Shown here: positions 53,831-63,516 of the stretch, piece by piece
Numbering within the stretch: position 1 is the first letter of the stretch
Layout of the letters: each line of letters starts with the position of its first letter
Assembly (NCBI GenBank): GCA_963749735.1
Contig: CAVVNZ010000006.1
Coordinates: 21,797-85,796, forward strand
DNA: 64,000 nt
DNA from: an uncultured Chloroflexia bacterium
GTDB lineage: Bacteria > Chloroflexota > Limnocylindria > Limnocylindrales > CSP1-4
Direction: 5' to 3'
Program-made: the position numbers and the translations under genes
The notes under the pieces: generated by a model
What the model was told of the DNA's origin: nothing
What the model saw: the letters and a program-made list of their open reading frames with translations, nothing else
Database searches by the model: none

Positions 53831-54271
53831 TCAGCCCGGCGGCCGGCGGACCTCGTCGCGCCGTCGGCGATGCTCGATGGCCGTGCAGCGGTCCATCACG
53901 ACGTCGAGGCCCGCGGCGGCGGCGATCCGGGCCGCCTCCCAGTCCACGACGCCCAGCTGGAGCCAGAGGCAGGCCGCGCCGACCTCGGCCGCCTCGCGCG
54001 CGTGGGGCACGCACAGCTCCGAGCGGCGGAAGACATCGACGAGGTCGATCGGTCCGGTCGCCTCGACCGCCTCGACGACCGTCCGAAAGGCAGGGACCCC
54101 GAGCACGTCCCGCACGTTCGGGTTGACCGGCACGCAGTCGTACCCGTGATGCATCAGATAGCGCATCACCCCGTACGAGGGACGACCCGGGTCGGGCGAG
54201 GCGCCGATGACCGCGATCCGGCGGGTGGCCCGCAGGACGCGGCCGATCCCATCGTCGTCGAGCAGGGGCAC
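53831..54271 (-). CDS. CoA-binding protein (YccU-like)
   Basis: IAVIGAS...RPS, PVNP, DLVDVFR, LWLQLGV, VMDRC; frame is open upstream to a CTG at 54349. Confidence 0.88.
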   Translation of the reverse strand: MPLLDDDGIGRVLRATRRIAVIGASPDPGRPSYGVMRYLMHHGYDCVPVNPNVRDVLGVPAFRTVVEAVEATGPIDLVDVFRRSELCVPHAREAAEVGAACLWLQLGVVDWEAARIAAAAGLDVVMDRCTAIEHRRRRDEVRRPPG

Positions 54272-54345
54272 GATCCCCCGACCTTCCTGCAGGTCGAGGA
54301 TCGCCTCGGCTCGGCGTCGATCGTCCCGGCCCGTCGATCCGTCGC

Positions 54346-55422
54346 TCAGGTCGCCGCCTCGCGCTCGTAGGGCTGGCCGTCGGCGGCCGGCGGTCGGGTG
54401 CGGCCGACGACCCCGGCCAGGATCACGATCGTGACGATGTACGGCAGCGCGTCGTACAGCTGCGACGGAAGGGACGACAGGACGTCGCCCAGCTGGCCGC
54501 TGGGTGGCGCGAAAGAAAGCGCCTGACCGATGGCCAGGAACGACGAGAAGAGCAGCGCGGCGAGCAGCGAGCCGACGGGGGTCCACCGCCCGACGATCAT
54601 CGCCGCCAGGGCGATGAACCCGCGACCGGCCGTCATCCCGGCCTGGAACGAGTTGGTCGCCTCCATCGCCAGCGAGGCGCCGGCCAGCCCGGCGAACAGC
54701 CCACCGGCGATCACGTTCCGGTAGCGGACGACGATCACATCGATGCCGACCGTCTCGGCCGCCTTGGGGTGCTCGCCGACGGCCCGTGTGCGCAGGCCCC
54801 AGCGCGAGCGGAACAACAGGATCTGGAGCGCGATCACGAAGACGATCAGGGACATCGAGATCGGGCCCTGGGCGAAGAACATCCCGATCAGCCAGCCGAC
54901 GACCGGCAGGTCGGTCAGGGCGGTCGGCGGCTGGAACGCCGTGAACGCGCCGGCGCTCGTCGGTGAGCTCTTGGCGATGATCGAGTTGAGATAGCCGGTG
55001 ACGCCGAAGGCCGCGATGTTGATGATCGTCCCGCTGATGATCTGGTCCGCCCGCACGCTGATCGACAGCCAGGCGTGCAGCGCCGAGATGGCGAGCGCGA
55101 CGCCGATCGCCGCGATGAGCGCGATGACCAGCGCGGGAGTGAGCCCGAACAGCTCGGTCGCCGGCGTTCCGAGCGTGGGTGCCAGGGCGACGCCGACGAC
55201 CCACCCGGTGAAGGCGGACGCCAGCATCGTCCCCTCGATCCCGATGTTCACGACGCCGGAGCGCTCGCACATCACGCCGCACAGGGCCCCGAACGCGATC
55301 GGCGTGGCCGACCGGAGGATGATCGGGGAGATCGGCGGGACGATCGCGATGAGATAGCCAGCCATCTGGAAGATCAGGCCGACGACCGGGATCGAGTACA
55401 GGGCCGTGATGAGCTGGTCCAT
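54346..55422 (-). CDS. Nucleoside (BMP-type) ABC permease
   Basis: ERSGVVNIGIEG, DQIISG, GLR.RAVGEHP, GRGFIALAA, LPY. Confidence 0.92.
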   Translation of the reverse strand: MDQLITALYSIPVVGLIFQMAGYLIAIVPPISPIILRSATPIAFGALCGVMCERSGVVNIGIEGTMLASAFTGWVVGVALAPTLGTPATELFGLTPALVIALIAAIGVALAISALHAWLSISVRADQIISGTIINIAAFGVTGYLNSIIAKSSPTSAGAFTAFQPPTALTDLPVVGWLIGMFFAQGPISMSLIVFVIALQILLFRSRWGLRTRAVGEHPKAAETVGIDVIVVRYRNVIAGGLFAGLAGASLAMEATNSFQAGMTAGRGFIALAAMIVGRWTPVGSLLAALLFSSFLAIGQALSFAPPSGQLGDVLSSLPSQLYDALPYIVTIVILAGVVGRTRPPAADGQPYEREAAT

Positions 55423-56570
55423 CAGAGCACCGACTCGCTGCCGTAGGACCGGCTGATCGTCGGCGACGTCGCCAGCGGGTTCTGGGTCCCGCGCAGGTGG
55501 AGCACGCGCCGGATGACCGGCGTCGCCACGAGCACCAGCAGGATCGTCGCCTGGATGACGTCCACCAGCTCGACCGGGATGCCGGCCTCGATCTGCATCA
55601 GGCTGGCTCCCGACCGCATCGCCCCGAACAGGAGCGCGGCGGGCAGGATCCCGAGCGGCTCGGACCGGGCGAGGAGGGCCACGGCGATCGCGTCGAACCC
55701 GACCGTCGTGCCGAAGCTCGACGTCATCTGGTGGGTCAGCCCGAGGGCGACGTCCACGCCGGCGAAGCCCGCCAGCCCACCGGCCATGACCATCGTCAGG
55801 ACGATCAACCGGCGCGGGCGCATCCCGGCGTAGGCGGCCGCGTCCGGGTTCGCCCCGGCCGTCCGGATCTCGAACCCGAGCGTCGTCCGATAGAGGAGCC
55901 AGCGGATGACGAAGACCGCGGCAACGGCGAGGAAGATGCCGATGTGCCCGTCTCGCCCGATGATCACGGGGTAGCCCGCGTTGCCGACGTCGTATGTCAC
56001 CGGCGACGGGGAGCCCGGGACCTTGAGCGGACCGCTGACCAGCGCGGCGAGGACGCTGATGGCGATGTAGTTGAGCATGATCGTCGTCACGACCTCGTGG
56101 GCGCCCGAGACCGCCTTGAGGAATCCGGGCAGGAAGCCCGTCGCGGCACCGCCCAGGACACCGGCGACGACGGCGACCGGGATGGCGATGTACGGCGGCT
56201 GGCCCGAGACCGCGACGCCGGCGGCCACCGCCGCCAGGGCACCCATCAGGAACTGGCCCTGGGCACCGATGTTGAACAAGCCGGCCTTGAACGCGATCGC
56301 CACCGCCAGGCCGCCGAACACGAGCGGGCTCGTCGCGACCAGCGTGTCGACGATCGCGTCGAAGCTGCCGAAGGCGCCCTGCAGGAGTGCCGCGTACGCC
56401 GTCAGCGGCAGCCACGGGTTGAACGGCTCGCCGACCAGGAGCTCGGACCCGAGGATGATCACGGCGCCGACCCCGAAGGCCAGCGCGATCGCGATCAGCG
56501 GCAGGGCGATGATCGCCCAGACGGTCCCGCTGAGGTCCCGGATCCGCGAACCGGTCGACGCGGCGGTCAT
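55422..56570 (-). CDS. Nucleoside (BMP-type) ABC permease
   Basis: GLFNIGAQGQ, HEVVTTIMLNY, GANPDAA.YAG, GFDAIAVALL. Confidence 0.92.
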   Translation of the reverse strand: MTAASTGSRIRDLSGTVWAIIALPLIAIALAFGVGAVIILGSELLVGEPFNPWLPLTAYAALLQGAFGSFDAIVDTLVATSPLVFGGLAVAIAFKAGLFNIGAQGQFLMGALAAVAAGVAVSGQPPYIAIPVAVVAGVLGGAATGFLPGFLKAVSGAHEVVTTIMLNYIAISVLAALVSGPLKVPGSPSPVTYDVGNAGYPVIIGRDGHIGIFLAVAAVFVIRWLLYRTTLGFEIRTAGANPDAAAYAGMRPRRLIVLTMVMAGGLAGFAGVDVALGLTHQMTSSFGTTVGFDAIAVALLARSEPLGILPAALLFGAMRSGASLMQIEAGIPVELVDVIQATILLVLVATPVIRRVLHLRGTQNPLATSPTISRSYGSESVL

Positions 56571-58147
56571 GCGCTCGCTCCCGCGGCCGCGTCGGTCGGT
56601 CGGTCCGCGCCGCCCGTCGCCATGAGCAGCCCGATCTCGTTCTTGTCGGCGGTCCGGCCGTCACGGACCGCCACGAAGGCGCCCCGGTACATGACCGCGA
56701 TCCGGTCCGACAGCTCGAGGATCTCGTCGAGTTCGGCCGAGACGAGCAGGATCGCGGTACCGGCGTCACGCTTGGCGATCGTCTGGCGGTGGATGAACTC
56801 GATGCTGCCGACATCGAGGCCGCGGGTCGGCTGGTCGAGGATGAGCAGCTGGAGGTCGCGGTCGAACTCCCGGGCCACGACCACCTTCTGCTGGTTGCCT
56901 CCGGACAGGGTCGCCGCGTGGACCGTCGGGGACGGAGTCCGGATGTCGAAGTCCTTGATCGCCCGGTCGGCGTCCTTCTCGATCGCCGCCTCGTCGCGGA
57001 TGAACCGACGGGCGAACGGACGGCGGTAGTAGCTGGTCAGGACGATGTTGTCGGAGATCGTGAACGGCAGGACGAGGCCCCAGCGGTGGCGATCGGCCGG
57101 GACGTACCCGACGCCGGCCTCGTTCATCGCCCGTGGCAGGTGGCCCGTGACATCCTGCCCGCCGAGGGAGACGGTGCCCGAGACGGGCCGACGCAGCCCG
57201 ATCAGGGTCTGGATCAGCTCATCCTGGCCGTTGCCGGCCACGCCGGCGATGCCGAGGATCTCGCCCGATCGGACCTCGAAGCCGACGCCGCTCACGACCT
57301 CGCTGCCACGGTCGTCGCGGACGTGGAGGTCGGACACGACGAGCCGGGCGTCGGCCGGATGGCTCTCGCCGCGGTCGACCGTCAGCTCGACCTCGCGGCC
57401 GACCATCAGCTCGGCCAGGTCGCCCTCGTCCGTGGCCCCGGGCAGTCGTTCACCGACGACCCGGCCACGCCGGATGACCGTGATCCGGTCGGCGATCTCG
57501 AGGACTTCGTACAGCTTGTGGCTGATGAAGATGATGCTGCGACCCTCAGCGGCCAGCCGGCGGAGGACGGCGAAGATCTCCTCGGTCTCCTGCGGGGTCA
57601 GGACCGCCGTGGGCTCGTCGAGGACGAGGATCCGGGCATCGCGATAGAGGGCCTTGAGGATCTCGACGCGCTGCTGCCAGCCGACGGACAGGTTGCCGAC
57701 CTTCGCCTCGGGGTCGATCTCGAAGCCGAACCGCCGACCCAGGTCGACGATCCGCCGATGGGCCTCCTTGCGGTCGAGGAAGATCGCGTTGGCCATCGTC
57801 TCCTCGCCGAGGAGGATGTTCTCGGCGACCGTGAGGACGGGCACGAGCATGAAGTGCTGGTGGACCATGCTGATGCCGCGGGCGATCGCGTCGGACGGGC
57901 TGGCGATCTCGACCGCGGTCCCGTCGAGCAGGATCTCACCCTCGTCGGGTCGGGCGAGCCCGTAGAGGACGTTCATCAGGGTGCTCTTCCCGGCGCCGTT
58001 CTCGCCAAGGAGGGCATGGATCTCGCCCGGCTTGATCGTCAGATCGATGTGGTCGTTGGCGACCACCCCGGGGTAGCGCTTCGTGATGCCGCGCATCTCG
58101 AGCGCAGGAACGTGCGGCGCCTCGGGAACGTGCGTCTGGTCAGCCAC
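56567..58147 (-). CDS. Tandem-domain ABC ATPase (nucleoside/sugar family)
   Basis: GENGAGKST, VHQHF, LDEPT, LSGGNQQK, QPTRGLD. Confidence 0.94.
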   Translation of the reverse strand: MADQTHVPEAPHVPALEMRGITKRYPGVVANDHIDLTIKPGEIHALLGENGAGKSTLMNVLYGLARPDEGEILLDGTAVEIASPSDAIARGISMVHQHFMLVPVLTVAENILLGEETMANAIFLDRKEAHRRIVDLGRRFGFEIDPEAKVGNLSVGWQQRVEILKALYRDARILVLDEPTAVLTPQETEEIFAVLRRLAAEGRSIIFISHKLYEVLEIADRITVIRRGRVVGERLPGATDEGDLAELMVGREVELTVDRGESHPADARLVVSDLHVRDDRGSEVVSGVGFEVRSGEILGIAGVAGNGQDELIQTLIGLRRPVSGTVSLGGQDVTGHLPRAMNEAGVGYVPADRHRWGLVLPFTISDNIVLTSYYRRPFARRFIRDEAAIEKDADRAIKDFDIRTPSPTVHAATLSGGNQQKVVVAREFDRDLQLLILDQPTRGLDVGSIEFIHRQTIAKRDAGTAILLVSAELDEILELSDRIAVMYRGAFVAVRDGRTADKNEIGLLMATGGADRPTDAAAGASA

Positions 58148-58189
58148 GTCCGACGTTCGCCACGTTCAGCTCCGCAGAGGTGAGGTGGG

Positions 58190-58225
58190 GCGGAGGGATC
58201 GGCCGTGTGGGGCCGATCCCTCCGC
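58190..58225 (-). terminator. 15-bp perfect hairpin after the substrate-binding gene (partial terminator/mRNA stabiliser)
   Basis: GCGGAGGGATCGGCC-gtgtgg-GGCCGATCCCTCCGC. Confidence 0.65.
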
Positions 58226-58243
58226 AGGTTCATCCGGGGAGGG

Positions 58244-59431
58244 TCACTTGGGCCCGACGCCGCAATCGGTCGGGCAGGTCTTCAGAGTGCCGGCCTTCAT
58301 CGCCGCGAACGCCGCGGCCAGCTTGGCCTGGGTGTCGGCGGTGATGAGCGACGCCTTGTCGTGGAAGTCGGAGACGCCGATCGCGTCGTTCTTGGCGTTG
58401 AAGGTGTTGTCACCGGCGACCGCCGTCCCGCCGCCGATCGCCTTGATGGCGTCGGAGACCTCCTTCTGGAGCTTCTTCTCGGCGCTGGTGACGATGCACT
58501 TGTCGGCGGCCGGATAGGACAGGAACTGGTCGACGTCGACACCGATCCCGTAGATGTTCTTGGCGCACGCCGCGTCGAGCACGCCGTTCCCCGTCAGGCC
58601 GGCGACCTGGAACAGGACGTCCACCTTGGGGTTGGTCGTGAGGTAGTTCTCCGCGAACGCCTTGCCGCCGGCCTGGTCCTGGAAGGCCTTGGCCGAGAAG
58701 TCGCGGGTCACGTACGCCGGGGTGACCTTGATGTTCGGGTTGACCGACTGCGCGCCGAGCGTGTAGCCCTGGATGTACCGGACACACGGCGCACAGAGTG
58801 TCGTGCCTCCGATCGCTCCGATCTCACCCGACTTGCTGAGCGACGCCGCGACGATCCCGGCGAGGTAGCCCGCCTGGTCCTCCTGGAACGCCAGCGAGAC
58901 GTAGTTCGGGATCAACGTCTTGGCATCGCCCTTGCAGGCGAAGGTGGTGTCCGGCGCGCCCTGCGGGGTCACGCAGATCGGCGACTGGTCGACGCCGACG
59001 AACCAGATCCCCGGATTCGCCTTGGCGAAGCAGGTGGTCGGAGTGGCCAGGTTGAACCCGACCGTGGTGATGATGTCGTAGCCCTGGTCGACGTACGTCT
59101 GGATGTCCTTCTTGTAGTCGGACTGATCCTTCGGCACGACGGACTGCGGAGCGGCGGCACCGAGCGCGGTCGCGCCGTCCTCGGCGCCCTTGAACGAGTA
59201 CTCGTTGAAGTTCTTGTCGTTCAGGGTGCCGATGTCGGTGACGACGCCGATCTTGGCCTTGCTCCAGTCGGTCGGCGCCGTGTGCGCCTTGCCGGCCGTG
59301 ACGCCGGCGCACGGATCGGGCGGCGCGGTGGGGCTCGGGCTGGCCGCGTTGCCCGTGCTCGAGCTCGAACACGCCGAGAGCACGATGGCCATGCCCGCGA
59401 ACAGGGCAAGGCCAGCTGGACGGATGCGCAT
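58244..59431 (-). CDS. BMP-family ABC substrate-binding lipoprotein (probably purine nucleosides)
   Basis: LSAC lipobox; DKNFN, F.EDQAGYLAG, FQVAG.TG.G, IGVDVDQ, TSA.K. Confidence 0.9.
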   Translation of the reverse strand: MRIRPAGLALFAGMAIVLSACSSSSTGNAASPSPTAPPDPCAGVTAGKAHTAPTDWSKAKIGVVTDIGTLNDKNFNEYSFKGAEDGATALGAAAPQSVVPKDQSDYKKDIQTYVDQGYDIITTVGFNLATPTTCFAKANPGIWFVGVDQSPICVTPQGAPDTTFACKGDAKTLIPNYVSLAFQEDQAGYLAGIVAASLSKSGEIGAIGGTTLCAPCVRYIQGYTLGAQSVNPNIKVTPAYVTRDFSAKAFQDQAGGKAFAENYLTTNPKVDVLFQVAGLTGNGVLDAACAKNIYGIGVDVDQFLSYPAADKCIVTSAEKKLQKEVSDAIKAIGGGTAVAGDNTFNAKNDAIGVSDFHDKASLITADTQAKLAAAFAAMKAGTLKTCPTDCGVGPK

Positions 59432-59632
59432 GCTTCCTCCTCGATGATCGGCTCGATGATCCACCCAGTCGACGGGCGGGCGGCCGGCGGATCCTCCGGC
59501 AATGGTGCCGGCCAACGTCGCAGGGGCGCATCGTAGCCGGGCTGCGACAGCTCCGGCAAGCCACGATCCGGGCCCGCGGACTCGCGCAAGGATAGTCCGC
59601 AGACCGGGCGTTCGCTTGCCTCGCGAACGGGG

Positions 59633-61972
59633 TCAGCGGGCCGAGGTCGGGACCGTCATGCCGGCCCCGGCGCGGGCCATCCGATGGAGCCAGTCGTCCC
59701 TCTTGGCGAGGCTCTCGATGTCCACTCCCGAGGCCTGCAGCGCGGCCAGCTCGTCGGCCGTACCCGGCCGTCCGAGGAGGTAGCCCTGGCCGGCCGCGAT
59801 CTCCAGGTCGCGCACGACGCGGAGCTGGGCGGCGGTCTCGATCCCCTCGGCGATGACCGACGCCCCCCACCGGCGGGCGAGATCCTGGAGGGCCCCGACG
59901 ACCGACATCGAGGCCTCGTGAACCGCTCCCTCCTGGACGAGCGACAGGTCGATCTTGACGATGTCGAACTGGACCTGGCTCAACAGCCGCAGTCCGGCGT
60001 TGCCCGCCCCGACGTCGTCGGCGGCGAGACGGAAGCCCGCGCTCCGGCAGGCGATCACGTTCCGGCGGAGGCGCTCCATCTCCTCGATCTGCTCGCGCTC
60101 GGTGAGCTCCAGGACGATCCGCGTCGGTTCGAGGCCGGCCTTGCGGACGAGCGCGACGAGCTGGCCGGCGCTGAAGTCGTCGGCCTCCAGCGTCCGCGGC
60201 GACATGTTCAGGGTCAGGATCGAGTCGCCCGACATCGCGGCCGCGCCGGCCGCGACGATCTCGAGGCAGGCCAGGTCGAGCTCCACCGTCCGGCCGGCGA
60301 GCTCGGCCGCCGTGAACAGCTCGGACGGGTTGGCGAAGCCCGAGTCGGGCATCGGTCGGATGAGTCCTTCCGACCCCGCGATCCGGCCATTGCGCAGGTC
60401 GACGATCGGCTGGTAGACGGGCCGCAGCAGTTTGCGCGAGATGACCTCCGCCACGCCCATCCAGGGTTGGTCGACGACCTGGGTGACGGCGGTCGGCGTG
60501 CGTCCGTGGCGGGCCGGGTCGAAGATCTCGACGCTCGTCCGGCCGTGTCGCTTCGCCCAGGTCAGCGCGGCATCGGCCTGGTCGAGCAGCTGCCGACGGT
60601 CGGTCGCCATCGCCGGACAGGCGGACACGCCGGCCGAGAACGAACGCACCGCCAGTGCGCTCCGGCCCCGCCCCGCATCGGCATCCATCGACGCGCCCAG
60701 GAGCCGACGCGCCACGGCCGCGGCGCTCTCGGCGGTCTGACCGGGCAGCAGGAGGGCGAACTCGTCGCCGCCCGTCCGGAAGCCGCGGTCCGCGGTCCGC
60801 AGGGTGGCCTCGATGATCCGCCCGAACGCGGTCAGGGCCTGGTCGCCGGCGGCGTGTCCGCCGCTGTCGTTGACCGCGCGGAAGTCGTCGAGGTCGATGA
60901 GCACCAGGCCGAGCGACGTGTTGCGCGTCCGGGCCGCGTCGACCTGCCGCTCGAACGCCTCCTGGAAGGCACGGTGATTGCCGAGTCCGGTCAGCACATC
61001 GCGGAGCGAGTCGCCGTGGGCCAGCTCGTACATGTCGCGCAGCCGACCGCGCGAGGCCTCCAGCTCCTGGGCCGGACGGAGGACCTGGCGAGCCATCCAG
61101 GTGATCAGGATGCCGAGCAGGGCCACGAAGACGGCCAGGAGCCCGATCAGCGGGACCGGGGGCGGTGCGAACCGGGCCGGCGCGACCAGGTGGGCGCTCC
61201 ACTGCCGATCGCCCGCGAGCTTGCTCGTCGCGGCGATGGTCGCTCCGGTCCCGAGGTCGGGCGTCACCGCCGGAGCGATCGTCCGACCCGCACCGTCGAG
61301 GAGCACGGCCCGGCCGCCCGTGACCTCGCTCGCGTTGGCGAGCTCGAGGAACCGATCGAGCGAGACCTCGACCCGGAGGAGGCCGATCGGTGCGCCGGGC
61401 TTCGTCCCGGCGACGACCTGCGTGGCGAGCGCGAGATGGGCGGTGTCGTCGTCGCCGGTCAGGATCTTGCTGGACACGACGGCGCCCGGTTCGGCCACGA
61501 GGGCCGCGCCGACCAGGGGATCGACCGACGTCGTCGGCTGGGTCTTGAGGATCTGGCCGTCGACCGCTCGGACGAGCTGGCGGCCGCGGAGATCGAGGAG
61601 GGTCGCGCCGACGATGCCGTCGTGGGTGTCGCCGGACAGGTCGGCCATCGCGGCCTTGACCCCGGCGAGGCCCATCTTCGATGTCCGTGCGTAGTCGCCG
61701 ACGGCGTCGATGGCGCCGGTCTTGACCAGGGCGGACGACACGCGATCGAGCCGTCGCTCGACATCGGCCGCGACACCCGCGGCCTCGTGCTCGGCCTGGG
61801 CCTGCTCGGAGGCTCGCTGGCTGTCGAGGGCGGTGCTGAGGATCGGCGCGGAGACGGCGATCGGGATGAACGCCATGGCGATGAGAGCGAGGGTCAGCCG
61901 GAGCCGGACAAGCCGGATCGGACCCGGGTCGGCGGCGAGATCTCCCTCGATCATCGTCGGTTCTTGGTGCAC
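59633..61972 (-). CDS. Membrane-anchored diguanylate cyclase/phosphodiesterase (sensor + GGDEF + EAL)
   Basis: Two TMs; DVLTGLGN, DLDDFR.VND, RTAD-x5-GGDEF; YQPIV, EGLIR, ELTE, DDVGAG, KID, AEGIE, QGY. Confidence 0.92.
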   Translation of the reverse strand: MHQEPTMIEGDLAADPGPIRLVRLRLTLALIAMAFIPIAVSAPILSTALDSQRASEQAQAEHEAAGVAADVERRLDRVSSALVKTGAIDAVGDYARTSKMGLAGVKAAMADLSGDTHDGIVGATLLDLRGRQLVRAVDGQILKTQPTTSVDPLVGAALVAEPGAVVSSKILTGDDDTAHLALATQVVAGTKPGAPIGLLRVEVSLDRFLELANASEVTGGRAVLLDGAGRTIAPAVTPDLGTGATIAATSKLAGDRQWSAHLVAPARFAPPPVPLIGLLAVFVALLGILITWMARQVLRPAQELEASRGRLRDMYELAHGDSLRDVLTGLGNHRAFQEAFERQVDAARTRNTSLGLVLIDLDDFRAVNDSGGHAAGDQALTAFGRIIEATLRTADRGFRTGGDEFALLLPGQTAESAAAVARRLLGASMDADAGRGRSALAVRSFSAGVSACPAMATDRRQLLDQADAALTWAKRHGRTSVEIFDPARHGRTPTAVTQVVDQPWMGVAEVISRKLLRPVYQPIVDLRNGRIAGSEGLIRPMPDSGFANPSELFTAAELAGRTVELDLACLEIVAAGAAAMSGDSILTLNMSPRTLEADDFSAGQLVALVRKAGLEPTRIVLELTEREQIEEMERLRRNVIACRSAGFRLAADDVGAGNAGLRLLSQVQFDIVKIDLSLVQEGAVHEASMSVVGALQDLARRWGASVIAEGIETAAQLRVVRDLEIAAGQGYLLGRPGTADELAALQASGVDIESLAKRDDWLHRMARAGAGMTVPTSAR

Positions 61973-62157
61973 GAAGTCGCCTACCTCGAGGCTCTGCCGA
62001 TGGTCATGCGTAGGTATCCCACGTGACGGGCGTCCGGAGCGCCAGCCCGATGGTCCGGGGTGGCCGGTACCGATGGGTCGTCGGCGAACTCCCGGAGACC
62101 GCCGCGGCGGTGCCTGCCCGCACCGGAATCGCAGCCCGCGACGCCGTCAGGTTTCGC

Positions 62158-62556
62158 TCAGTGCGAGTGGCGCAATTCGTGCAGCCGGGCGTCGGACAGC
62201 CCGAAGTGATGCGCGATCTCGTGAAGGACCGTCTCCTCGACCGCGTCGTCGAGCCGTGGTCCGACGCCGTGGCTGCGGAGGAGGGGACCGCGGAACAGCG
62301 TGATCTTGCTCGGGATCGGCACGTTCTCGGCGCCGAACGCCGTCCGGGGGACGCCCTGGTAGAGCCCGTACAGGCCGCGCGCACCGACGCTCGCGAGCTG
62401 GTCGGCAGTGGGCTCGTCCTCGATGACGATGGCGACCGAGCCGAGGCGCTCGACGAACGCGTCGGGCAGGCTGTCGATGGCTCGGTCGATCGCCGCGTCG
62501 AAGCGGTCGTCGATCGCGGTCTCCAGCTGTGCCCGCGCTTCGGCCCCGTCGGTCAT
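62158..62556 (-). CDS. Zincin-like metallopeptidase (Zincin_1/DUF1025-like)
   Basis: GLYQGVP, ITLFR.P, TVLHEIAHHFG. Confidence 0.88.
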   Translation of the reverse strand: MTDGAEARAQLETAIDDRFDAAIDRAIDSLPDAFVERLGSVAIVIEDEPTADQLASVGARGLYGLYQGVPRTAFGAENVPIPSKITLFRGPLLRSHGVGPRLDDAVEETVLHEIAHHFGLSDARLHELRHSH

Positions 62557-62575
62557 CGGGTAGCCACGGCCGAGG

Positions 62576-63407
62576 TCACCCCATCCCGCCGACGAATGCG
62601 CCGTCGACCAGGACCGGGACCCGATCGGTCGCATCAAGCTCGCGCCGCAAGATCGACGTCGGCCCCGAACCCGAGTCCGATCAGCTCGCGGCCGGATCCG
62701 CAGCCCCGGATCGCGTCCTCGATCGTCATCCGGGTCGCACCGAAGGCCGCTGCGGCCGCCTGGGCCTCCGGCGATCGGTCCGCTGCAGCGACCATGGCCA
62801 GGATCGCCCCGGCCGCGAGCAGGTCCTCGAGAGCCGGGCGAAGCGTCCCGTCCGGCCAGCGCTCGCCGGCGGCGAGGACGAGGCTGACGCCGCCGTGCGC
62901 CGCGACCAGGCGGCCGACCGCCGATGCGTTCCGAAGGCAGCCGGCCACGACCATCGCCCCGGCGTCGCCGGCATCGACCGCGCACGCCGCACCGTTCGGG
63001 GAGGCGAGGACCACGGTCTCCTTGGCCCGCAGCGCGAGGAGGCTCGCCGGCGATAGGGTCGGATGGTCGAGGCTCCGTTCCGGAGCGGCGAGGATCGCCC
63101 CGAGCGATCGTGCCAGGGCCGTCGCTCGTTCGGCGGATCGGGCGGGCACCACGCGAGCCCCCTGCTCCACCGCCACGCACGTCGAGGTCGAGAACGACAG
63201 GACGTCGACGACGACCACGAGCCCGACCAGTGGAGACAGGGCCCGTCCGCCGGCCTCGCCCCACTCGAATCGTGCCCGGAAGCCGGCCTGGTCGAACGGG
63301 CTCGGCCCCGATCGCGACTCGGCGGGCGGTGGCACGAGATCGACGCCCGGCCCAGGCCGTCGGGCGATCGACGGGGAGTCGAGGGGATCGATCGAGCGTC
63401 GTGACAT
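62576..63407 (-). pseudogene. 2-phosphosulfolactate phosphatase (ComB-like) with a frameshift near the 3' end (in-frame stop at 62634)
   Basis: VVDVLSFST, LSP, SPNG, LRNA, AGERW..RPALED; the tail ELDATDRVPVLVDGAF lies in a shifted frame. Confidence 0.75.
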
Positions 63408-63516
63408 CGGCGGCAGCGTACCGCGGACGCCCGATGGACGGGCGCCCGCGCCCGACGGCGGGCTATGCTCGGCCGATGCATCGCACGATGGGATCCCTCG
63501 AAGGTCCGAGGCCCGG

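Noticed and set aside
59575-59630. CGTTCGC...CGAACG hairpin upstream of the BMP gene resembling one in the purA leader
   Set aside because: Only 6-7 bp shared in GC-rich DNA; it lies upstream of the likely -10 and is better explained as a terminator of the GGDEF-EAL gene
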